DNA from: Octopus bimaculoides
Lineage: Eukaryota
DNA: 42,602 bases
Direction: 5' to 3'
Assembly: GCF_001194135.2 (NCBI RefSeq)
Contig: NC_068989.1
Location: 79,738,645-79,781,246, forward strand
The position numbers and the translations under genes were made by a program. This document shows positions 25,500-34,598 of the stretch, piece by piece (positions within the stretch are counted from its first letter, which is position 1; every line of letters starts with the position of its first letter). The notes beneath the pieces were generated by a model. That model was not told where the DNA came from. It saw only the letters and a program-made list of their open reading frames with translations, and did not search any database.

Positions 25500-25890
25500 G
25501 AGAAAGAGAGGGGGGAGTAAGGGAGTAAGGGAGTTAGAGAGAGGGGTTCGCTAGTGAAATAAACCGTGACAGAGTAGAAGAAAAAGGAGAAAAGAATAAG
25601 AAGAGTAGGAAGAAGAAATGAATATGGTGGTGATGATGTAAAACAAGAATATAAAGAGAATGTGGAGGCAGTGGAAAAGAAGTAGGAGAAAAAAGACGGG
25701 AAGGTAGAAAGAAGAAGAAGAAGAAGAAGAAGAAGAAGAAGATAGTGAATAAGAGGGCTGAAGGAATAGGTTAAAAGGAGGAGAACACGGAAAGGGTAGA
25801 AGAGGGGAGGAGAACAAGACGAAGAAGGGGGAAGAAATGAAACACAAAAAGATAGACAAGAAAAGGAAATGGAAAGAGGAGGAGCTGAAA
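25500..25890 (+). repeat. Purine-rich low-complexity tract with (GAA)n
   Basis: Almost only A/G on the plus strand. Confidence 0.85.
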
Positions 25891-26309
25891 AGGAATTACC
25901 CATTATAAATCAGATGCAATTGTAAGTCATATAAACTAACTCTTCTACTAGTCAAAACTATGACGTAAACTGTTGGATTAGCTTCGTTTGTAAAACACAT
26001 GACCACAAGAATACACTGAGTATGTAGAAATATCTCATATATAAACATCATATATATACACACACATACACACGCATGTACATGTGTGTGTACGTGTGTG
26101 TATTCGAGGTATGTCCAAAATGAAAACAACTTTTTAAAACGGCGCGACAACCAATCGCCGCAGCTTGCTTGTCATGGTTGCAGTAACTGTGTATACGCCA
26201 ACGTGTTCTTCAATTAAAAAAGAACCACATTATGTCACGTCAATCAGTAAGTCAACGATGTAGACGTACTTGTGTGTACGCATGCCCAGTATGCATAGGT
26301 TCATATCAT

Positions 26310-26400
26310 GTCTTATCTATAGCTTGTTTCGGTCATTGGACTACGGCCATACTGAGACATCGCTTTGAAGAGTTACGACGACGTAAAGACAGCTTAACAC
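26310..26400 (-). mobile_element. SINE family A tail fragment
   Basis: CTTGTTTCGGTCATTGGACTACGGCCATACTGAGACATCGCTTT. Confidence 0.65.
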
Positions 26401-26613
26401 CGATTTTCAAGCAAGAGGTATTGGTGCAAACACAAAAACTCGCACGTACATATGCCTGTCTGTATGTATGTATGTGTGTATGTATGTACGTACGTACACA
26501 AACACGCACACACATACATCAGCAGAACGAGCTTGTATGCGGTTATCGCCTCTCAATTTAGTCAAAATCGATTCCACTGATTGGAGATAAAAGCATACGC
26601 ATACATACATACA

Positions 26614-26643
<30 letters not shown>

Positions 26644-26645
<2 letters not shown>

Positions 26646-26845
26646 AGGGGCGCTGAAAAGTTGCTGGTTTCGGGTAAAAGAAAATATAGGATTCGTTTAT
26701 TCTAATATTCCTCTCTCAGATTCACACACTTATTACCGTTGTGCTTCCGTTTTACTAAAGCCTTGTAAAAGAACTCGGAATATTGGGCCTCCAATCACGC
26801 TTTTCACGATGCCCCTAGAACCAGGAATTTTTTAGCACTCTTTCG
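26644..26845. mobile_element. Mariner-type MITE (about 200 bp)
   Basis: Imperfect TIRs AGGGGCGCTGAAAAGTTGCTGGTT and AACCAGGAATTTTTTAGCACTCTTTCG, flanked by TA. Confidence 0.7.
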
Positions 26846-27700
26846 TATACAGGCACACGCAAACACATTCCTATGTTTATATGTAAAGTTTGTGATGGGT
26901 AAATTGTCGCTATATTATATTTTTAATTTTGCGCATTGTTTGTTTTTGATTTTGTCGACAACACAGTATAATAGGATCAGTTGGGCACCGTCTCTGAGAG
27001 AAACAGCCCCATGACGCAATTCACTCTGCCAGAAATTTGGCAACGACATGCTGCACTGATTAGCAGTCACACCAGAAGCTCCAATACGAACATTTCAGAG
27101 TGTTTGTGTATCAATCTCAGGATATTGCAATCAGAGGACATGTACCGAGAATGATAAAATTCAAACATCCAGTCAACATCATAGTGTTTGGAGTGATCAC
27201 TAGTGATGGCGACGTTATGCCTCCATTCACCTTCCCACACGACCTCACACTCAACACGGAGGCCTACATCAAGTGCCTGGACGAGGTAGTGCTACCTTGG
27301 TTCAAGAGGTTAACTGCTGGAACACCCTGTGACTCGCAACAGGACTCTGCACCATGCCACACAAACAAGTGTATTCAGTCATGGCTGTCAATTAATTTCT
27401 GCGACCACATCACCTCTAACATCTGGCCATCTAACTCCCCAGACTGCAGCCCCTTTGATTACTATGTGTGAGCGAATGACAAACAAAACTTCTTGTAACA
27501 CCAAAGATGACCTGAACGCAAGGATTATAGCAGCATTCACCAACTTAAACAAGACCGTCCAGAAGAGTTGCGGGAGATTCCGAAGTCGTCTGGAGACCAT
27601 GATTGATGCCAATGGCGATTTTATTGAATACATTTACTCTTCATATTTCGTATGTGTATTTCGTGTGCAAGATTCTTGATGTGGATACTTGTGTTGAAAG

Positions 27701-28005
27701 AAATACAATTAAACCTTGGGAGAGTCATTATGCCGGTAATAAACACACGAACTGGTTCAGTCCTTTATTAATTTATATAGTTTTTTGTTAAATTATTTCA
27801 TTGCACTCTTGCAATCTCTTCAGTAACTTGTCTCTCCACTTCCATTTATTTTGAAAATAAATGGAAGTGGAGAGACAAGTTACTGAAGAGATTGCAAGAG
27901 TGCAATGAAATAATTTAACAAAAAACTATATAAATTAATAAAGGACTGAACCAGTTCGTGTGTTTATTACCGGCATAATGACTCTCCCAAGGTTTAATTG
28001 TATTT
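27701..28005. repeat. Perfect palindrome: 152-bp arms, 1-nt spacer (G27853)
   Basis: 27701-27852 is the exact reverse complement of 27854-28005, checked base by base. Confidence 0.97.
27879..27919 (+). ncRNA. Degenerate PLE-type minimal hammerhead-like motif (mirror copy on minus strand at 27787-27827)
   Basis: GTTA-CTGAAGA-G-ATTGCA(AGAG)TGCAAT-GAAA-TAAT-T-TAAC. Stem I is GTTA/TAAC, stem II is 6 bp and the core is intact, but stem III is weak and non-palindromic. Confidence 0.45.
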
Positions 28006-28179
28006 ACTCTTCAGTATTTCAAGATGTATTTACGTAACTTTTGTAAATATGTGTTAAAACTGAGATGTCAGTGTTATTTTCATTTTTACGTAATTTAGAC
28101 GACAGTTTATTTACCTCACCTTGTATATGTGAGTACACATGCCTGCGTATTAGCAGTTATTTAATATTTCGTTTATCTG

Positions 28180-28506
28180 AAGCCATGCTCTTGCACCGCA
28201 TTGAGGGTTTTAGTCGAAGGAATCGATACTAGTTCTGAATTTTAAGTCTGGAATCTATCCTATCTTTTATCGAACGGCAAATTATGTAAACAGACCAACA
28301 CTGCCTGCCAAATGGTGACGACAAACAAATACAGTCATATGCGGCGGGCTTCCACACAATTTTCGTTAACCAAATTCAGTCACAAAGCATTGGTCGGTCC
28401 AAAGTTAAATAAAATACATTTGCCCAAGGTGCCGCGTTGTTGGACTGAACCCAAAACCACGTGGTTGCAAAAGCAAGCTTCTTAACCAAACGGGTATTCC
28501 TGCACC
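28180..28506 (-). mobile_element. SINE family A, diverged
   Basis: GCCATGCTCTTGCACCGC..TTTAGTCGAA tail and TTGCCCAAGGTGCC..GGACTGAACCC..AACCACGTGGTTG head (reverse complement). Confidence 0.8.
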
Positions 28507-28534
28507 TATATAGAAATGACATATATATATATAT

Positions 28535-28920
28535 AGGCGTGGCTGTTTGGTAAGAAGCTTGCTTCCCAAGCACATGGTTCCGGGTTCAGTCCCACTACAT
28601 GGTACCTTGGGCAAGACTCTTCTACTACAGCCTCGGTACGACCAAATCCTTGTGAGTGGATTTGGTAGACGGTAACCAAAAGAAGGCCATCGTATATATG
28701 TGTGTCTTTGTGTCTGTGTTCGTCCCCTCACCACCGCTTGACAACCGGTGCTGGTGTGTTTACGTCCCCGTAAACTAATGGTTCGGCAAAAGATCCCCAA
28801 TGGAACAAGTACTAGGTTTATGAAAATTAAGTACTGAGGTTGATACATTCGAGTAAAAATTCTTTGAGGCGGTGCCCCAGCATGGCTGCGGTCTAATGAC
28901 TGAAACAAGTAAAAGATGTA
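28535..28920 (+). mobile_element. SINE family A, near full length
   Basis: GGCGTGGCTGTTTGGTAAGAAG..GGTTCCGGGTTCAGTCCC..GGCGGTGCCCCAGCATGGC..GACTGAAACAAGTAAAAGA. Confidence 0.9.
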
Positions 28921-30000
28921 TAGACATAGAAAATCTTCACAGTGTGTCCTGCTAAAGTCCATCTAAGTTTCAGAAATTAATACACACGCAACGCGATTTT
29001 TTTTTTTAATCTGAATGCAGCGGATTAACGAAACACTTGTCAATTATACTGCCGTCTCGATGTTTTTCGCATATCCTCTTTTTATTTAATTTCTTCGTGG
29101 CTCCGCATGTGATTGAGATACAAACGTATCTGACATGTAGGCTGTATAGCCTTGGTCGATTGCACCGTTTGTATGATCCGATTTCGTTCACTGAATTTAG
29201 ATTTGACTCTATATATTCGTGTAATACATCCTCGAGTGTGAGCCTGATTGACAGAAATTGCCAGTGTAGGCTGTAAAGGCTATTCCGAAGTAGGAGATTT
29301 AGAAATTAAGTTAAAGGTCAGTGCAATTAATATTAAGTTGAGCAAATTGGATAATAGAGATACAGGATGGCCTCAGTATTCTAAACTCAGTTGAAATTCC
29401 TGTTTTATGCTGTTTTTGTTCTACGAGTCTAAGGTTGACAATTTATTTTTTTTATGCCGATTAAAAATAAATTGTATATATATATATACTTATTTATTAA
29501 CTTCTGTTTGTCTTGCTCCTATCGGCCCCCCACCACCACCACCACACGTACGCACACACACCCTCACGCACATGACCAAAAACATACGCACACTGTGAGC
29601 ACGCACATATACACATCCATACGCTTGTTGTTCTAGTGTATACACATGATCTGTGTGTTTGTTTAATGATGATATTTGTTTATTTCTACTTCATAAACAT
29701 TAGATATACGTGTGTAAATTCATCTTGGAAAAAAACACTATTTCCAAGATTCGGAAGTGTTTACACACCGAGCCAGTATGTTCAAGACGACAATCGTAGA
29801 AAATAAGAGTCCGTTTATATATCGTACAGCGGCCATCCTGTGTCACCACTTGGAAGTGTTTGGTTTATGAAATCGATCGCAGTATTTATTTTTAGTGTAT
29901 ATTCTATCACGCTCTTCTAGCGCACGGCAAACGAACCAAGAGAATTCAACACTATGTAAACGCAAAGCCGCAACAGCACACACAGACAGACATACAAACA

Positions 30001-30049
<49 letters not shown>

Positions 30050-30462
30050 GCATGCACGCATACACGTATGCACACACGTGCTTATACATGAGGAGCATTC
30101 ACACAGTTTGTGTCTCCCAAAGTAACTAAGAGATCGTGTTCGGACCGGGCGCAACAATGGCGGCAAAACGATGTCTTCGTGTTGAATGGGTGTCGTGGCG
30201 ATGAGACAGTGGCGGCTAAAAGCCTGGACAATAAAGAAATTCCAAAGGTTCCACGTAGCGGACCTGGAAGAACTGGGAGAGAAAACGCGCAGCGAGTGAG
30301 ATGAGAATGAGAGGTAGATATGACAGATGTGTTTCGATCGGGATTGTATGCTGTACTCGAACACCAAGTAGAAGGGACCGTTCAAGCAGTAGCTGTTGAT
30401 GACGAGAAATTAGAAGACAGCTCTTCTGTACGACTGAGGTTATAGTGTGTTGGTGAGCGACA

Positions 30463-30590
30463 GGGCAGGATTAAGGCCCGAAGTGGCCCTAAGGACTTAA
30501 AAGGCTTTGGTGTCCTGAAGCATACGTAAATGATTCAAAATGTAGACAATAATAAACCATAAAAGAAATTTCTATATTTCAAAATGAAAC
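30463..30590 (+). mobile_element. Possible end of a hAT-like MITE
   Basis: CAGGGCAGGATTAAGGCCC..GGCCCTAAG resembles the CAGGGCCGGATT-type termini of hAT MITEs. The other end was not found. Confidence 0.35.
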
Positions 30591-30593
30591 GGA

Positions 30594-30921
30594 GGCGCAC
30601 GAGTGGCTATGTGGTAAGTAGCTCGCTTACCAACCACATGGTTCCGGGTTCAGTCCCACTGTGTGGCATATTTGAACAAGTGTCTTCTACTATAGCCTCG
30701 GGTTAACCAAAGCCTTCTAAGTGGATTTGGTAGACGAAAACTGAAAGAAGCTCGTCGTATATGATTGTGTGTATAAGCTTGACAACCGATAATGGTGTGT
30801 TTAAGTCCCCGTAACCTAGCGGTTCGTCAGAAGGGTCCGATAGAGTAAGTACTAGGCTTTACATACAGTAAGTCCTTAGGTCGATTTGTTCGACTAAAGG
30901 CGGTGCTTCAGCATGACCGCA

Positions 30922-30925
<4 letters not shown>
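30594..30925 (+). mobile_element. SINE family A
   Basis: GAGTGGCTATGTGGTAAGTAG..GGTTCCGGGTTCAGTCCC..CGACTAAAGGCGGTGCTTCAGCATG. Confidence 0.9.
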
Positions 30926-30966
<41 letters not shown>

Positions 30967-31274
30967 GCATTACTATACAATAATGTCTCATGCTATGAGG
31001 GACTCTAAGGTCAGACTACCATCCGTGAAATCTATAGATTTGGGACTATCGACATTATTTTATAAATCCCCGCTGTCTGTTTTCCTCACTAACAACCTTG
31101 TGCAGTGGAATAATAATCTAAGTGGTTCATAGACAATTTGGGGTCTATTTCTAGCAGACTGGTGTTGTAATCATTCAACATCCTTATTATAATTTTAATA
31201 TAAATTAACCATTATGCTATTTTTAGTATGCTGGCCACTGATAAATCATTAAATAATGATTTTATCCTAATTAT

Positions 31275-31400
31275 GTATGTGTGTGTGTTTTTTTTATCTG
31301 CGTTTGTCCTCCACCACCGCTTGACAACCGGCGTTGGTGTGTTTATGTTCAAATAACTTAGGTCTTCCGCAAATGATGCCGACAGAATAAGTTTCAGGCT
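31275..31400 (+). mobile_element. SINE family A internal fragment
   Basis: CACCACCGCTTGACAACCGG..TTGGTGTGTTTA. Confidence 0.65.
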
Positions 31401-32345
31401 ATGCAAAAAAAAAAAATTTAAACATATGAATACTTGTCCATAGCTGAAACGCAATTCGATCTCAAGTTCGTTCGATTAGGAATGATCTGCAGATAGTTAG
31501 TTATTAACCACAGCGATAACTCTAACCCCCCAGAGCAATAAAATGCAGGTTTGATGCCCCTCAGTGGTTTTGAACTTTCGTAACGAAACTACATACCAAA
31601 AGGCATTAAAATCCAATGCTTCGCTATTTGCGTTATTCAACTAACGCCATCACCTCCAACAACTGCAGCAGAGCGGCCACCACCACCACCAATATCCTCA
31701 CCACCATCACACGACCAGTAATAACAGTGTTAGCTGGCAATGATCAAATAACACTTCATGCAACAAAGTCCTTGTGTGTATTTCTACGCAACGCAATGCT
31801 CTTCAGTACAAGATGAACTAACGAAACGACTAAACAACAAATAACACGCAGAAGAACATATTCTGTCTTTCTGTCTGTCTGTCTGCCTTCCTGCCCGCCA
31901 GTGTGTCAGTCTTTCTGTCGATCTGAATCTCAGTCTGTTTCTTTCTCTCTTTTTCTTTCTCTTTCTCCCCCACGCTTTCTCTCTCACCCTCCCTCCCATG
32001 TCTATCTGTGTGTGTCTCTCTCTCTATCACCTTCTCCCTCTCTGTTTGTCTGTCCTTCTCTTTGTTTCTGGTTCTGTCTCTCTTTATCACTTATGTCAAA
32101 CACGCAAACGCAAAGAAAAGACTCTCATGTGTATACGCGTTGATTGTATTTTTGTACACGTATTTGTATTCTGTCTGTCTGTCTCCCTGTCAGTCTGTCT
32201 GTCAGTCAGTCTGTCTCTCTGTCACTCTCTCTCTCTCTCTCCCTCTGTTCTCCTTTTCTCTCTCTTTCTTTTTCTCTCACCCACTCAATTTTTTTGTCAA
32301 TGAATAAATAAACACTAGTTGTTGCATTTCCGTAATCCATAATCA

Positions 32346-32378
<33 letters not shown>

Positions 32379-32639
32379 NNNNNNNNNNNNNNNNNNNNNN
32401 NNNNNNNNNNNNNNNNNNNNNNNNNNNNNNNNNNNNNNNNNNNNNNNNNNNNNNNNNNNNNNNNNNNNNNNNNNNNNNNNNNNNNNNNNNNNNNNNNNNN
32501 NNNNNNNNNNNNNNNNNNNNNNNNNNNNNNNNNNNNNNNNNNNNNNNNNNNNNNNNNNNNNNNNNNNNNNNNNNNNNNNNNNNNNNNNNNNNNNNNNNNN
32601 NNNNNNNNNNNNNNNNNNNNNNNNNNNNNNNNNNNNNNA

Positions 32640-32720
32640 GGGGTGGATGTTACTGTGTGTCGATAAGCCAGCTGGAGGAGATGTCCTCCTGGGGCTAAAA
32701 GCAACAGTAACATCCACCCC
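32640..32720. mobile_element. 81-bp hairpin/mini-MITE with perfect 17-bp TIR
   Basis: GGGGTGGATGTTACTGT (32640-32656) and ACAGTAACATCCACCCC (32704-32720), followed by TA. The left flank runs into an N gap. Confidence 0.6.
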
Positions 32721-32790
32721 TAGGGGTCAGCCACACTTAAGTGGCAATATACTACACTATATATATATAGTTCTATATTTATATCTATAT

Positions 32791-33002
32791 AGTTCTATAT
32801 TTAAGAAAAGAGGAATTATGTACATTATTTACATTATTTACAATTGATGAATATTGGTTCTCATCTTGTTTGTTGTTAACACAAAGTTTCGGCTGATATA
32901 CCCTCCAGCCTTCATCAGGTGTCTTGGGGAAATTTCGAACCTGGATTCTCATTCTTAAGGTATTTTTCGATGTTGTTGCTCTTGTTATTATTATTATTAT
33001 TA

Positions 33003-33089
<87 letters not shown>

Positions 33090-33160
33090 TCACTGCCTGG
33101 AATCGAATTTGGAATCTTGGGCCAAGTAGCCCGCGTTCTTAACGACTACGTCATATGCCC
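32791..33160 (-). mobile_element. Composite SINE-like element: tRNA-like head + (AAT)n + Penelope-type tail with hammerhead motif (copy 1)
   Basis: Minus strand GGGCATATGACGTAGTCGTTAAG..CAAATTCGATTCCAGGCAGTGACCTG, then (AAT)n, then CATCGAAAAATACC..GACACCTGATGAAGGCTG..CAGCCGAAAC..TAAATATAGAACT. Confidence 0.85.
32878..32923 (-). ncRNA. Minimal type I hammerhead ribozyme motif with a stem III substitution
   Basis: GACAC-CTGATGA-A-GGCTG(GAGGGTATAT)CAGCC-GAAAC-TT-T-GTGTT. The core and 5-bp stem II are intact. GAAACTTT replaces the GAAACGTT seen in copy 2. Confidence 0.65.
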
Positions 33161-33428
33161 GTGGGTGTAGTGGCTAAGTGCGTGGGCTACTCACCCCAAG
33201 ATTCCGAGTTCGATTCTAGGCAGTGTAATAATAACAACAACAACAACAACATCGAAAAATACCCTAGGAATGAGAATCCAGGTCGAAATTTCCCCCAAGA
33301 CACCTGATGAAGGCCAGAGGATATATCAGCCGAAACGTTGTGTTAACAAACAAGATGAGGACACATATCCATCAATTGTAAATAATGTAAATAATGTACA
33401 TAATTCCTCTTCTCTTAAATATAGAACT
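33161..33428 (+). mobile_element. Composite SINE-like element, copy 2 (head-to-head with copy 1)
   Basis: A box GGTGTAGTGG, B box GAGTTCGATTC, short (AAT)(AAC)n linker, and the same tail ending TAAATATAGAACT. Confidence 0.85.
33299..33344 (+). ncRNA. Minimal type I hammerhead ribozyme motif (PLE type)
   Basis: GACAC-CTGATGA-A-GGC(CAGAGGATATATCA)GCC-GAAAC-GT-T-GTGTT. Stem I is GACAC/GTGTT, stem III is the palindrome AACGTT, and cleavage is predicted after GUU at 33339. Confidence 0.7.
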
Positions 33429-34020
33429 TGTTTGAAATGATATTCTGACCCTTCCAAAAGGTTGGGGCATGTTCCACAGTTTGAGCGATGACATTTTTTC
33501 ACTTTTGCGTTGGTTGTAGGTGGAAGTAATTTTGCATTTGTTAGCATTTTCTTTAGTGACTTGGGCTGTTTGTTGCTTTTGAGTATTTTCAGGTAGCGTA
33601 GAATTCTTTTCAGTTTCGGGTCCTTATGTAGTATTGGTAGGTTTTGCATGATTGTGTTGAATGCTTCTTTGTTTCTGGGGTTGAAAGTTGATATGTAGGG
33701 TAATGTTTTAAGAGTAGGTTTGTTGGTGTCTTAGGTTTTTCTTAGTGCCTCAGTATTGATGGATTTCGCACGTTTTATCCCTTCGTGTATAAGTTGGATT
33801 GGGTAGTGCTTCTCCAGGAGTATGGTTGTTGAGTTCTGGTAATCTTAAATCCCTGGTATTTTCTCCGAAACAACGGTGCAGATCCTTCTCGCATGATTCA
33901 AGGGGTTGTTTGTTTTCGTAAGCCTCGGGTGACAAGAGCTAAAAAGAAAGTATTGCTTAGCATTTGTCGTTTTATAAAAGATGTCTGTCTCTATTTTGTT
34001 CTTGTTTGTATTTCGTTTGG
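33429..34020 (-). mobile_element. Penelope-like element ORF fragment (RT C-terminus/thumb plus linker), decayed and truncated before GIY-YIG
   Basis: KIETDIFYKTTNAKQYFLFSSCHPRLTKTNNPLNHARRICTVVS ... MQNLPILHKDPKL..SNKQPKSLKKMLTNAK..KVKKCHRSNCGTCPNL. These are characteristic PLE motifs (SSCHP, QPK.LK..L, C..xC..C). Confidence 0.9.
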
Positions 34021-34322
34021 ATTAAGCCTAACACCGAACATAGAACCACCAGTCACCTAAACGCACAAAACAATCCAAGACAACATCACCATATCCAATC
34101 CCAAGATGTGAGCTTTCATGCTGAAACAGCTCTGGGTAAGGGCGGGTGCCCTATACTCTTAAGCAAGTTACTTGCTGCCTTGCAATGGTCAAGAAACGCT
34201 GCAAGAAAACTTCGGATGCAGTATGATTCATTACTCTTGCTAGCATGGTACAACGGCTTGTGAACATTTTCCGATGTCTAGCGAGCAGTCTTCCTGTGTA
34301 GGTTAAAGGAGAATCCTCAATT

Positions 34323-34598
34323 CAGTAATCCTTCGACTATCGCGGGTGTTACGTTCCGAAAAACCTGCGATAGGTGAAAATCAGCGGAGTAGAAACAATA
34401 CTGTACTGCATATATTTTTTATTACTTTCATAATTTGCATATATTTATTTCATTATAAATGGAAATCAACACCACAGAGGAATCGACTTAAGCTAAATAA
34501 TAAACCACGATAGATGAACCGCGATAGGTGAACCGCGATGGGTGAACCGCGATGGGTCAACTGCGATGTGTGAACTGTGATATAGCAAAGGATTACTG
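34323..34598 (+). mobile_element. Tc1/pogo(Tigger)-type MITE, copy 2, with expanded 14-bp subterminal repeat
   Basis: CAGTAATCCTTCG ... GCAAAGGATTACTG|TA. About 5 tandem GGTGAACCGCGATR units at about 34505-34585. Confidence 0.85.

Larger units (their letters stand above)
26886..28123 (+). mobile_element. Tc1/mariner DD37D (maT-family) transposon, internally deleted and frameshifted, interrupted by a palindromic insert
   Basis: ATG at 27011 (MTQFTLPEIWQRHA) is joined to VFGVITSDG..QQDSAPCHT..WPSNSPDCSPFDYYV. I count 37 residues between the QQD aspartate and the PFD aspartate. The C-terminus KSCGRFRSRLETMIDANGDFIE follows a frameshift. Degenerate TIRs GGGTAAATTGTCGC and GACGACAGTTTATTTACCTCACCTTG|TA. 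Confidence 0.9.

Noticed and set aside
29843-30385. 180-aa minus-strand ORF
   Set aside because: It runs through a (CA)n tract and has no recognisable motif.
34150-34290. Possible minus-strand exon (RLLARHRKMFTSRC..)
   Set aside because: Moderate splice sites and no recognisable protein similarity.
34505-34585. CRISPR-like repeat array
   Set aside because: The units are directly adjacent with no spacers, there are no cas genes, and the context is a eukaryotic MITE.
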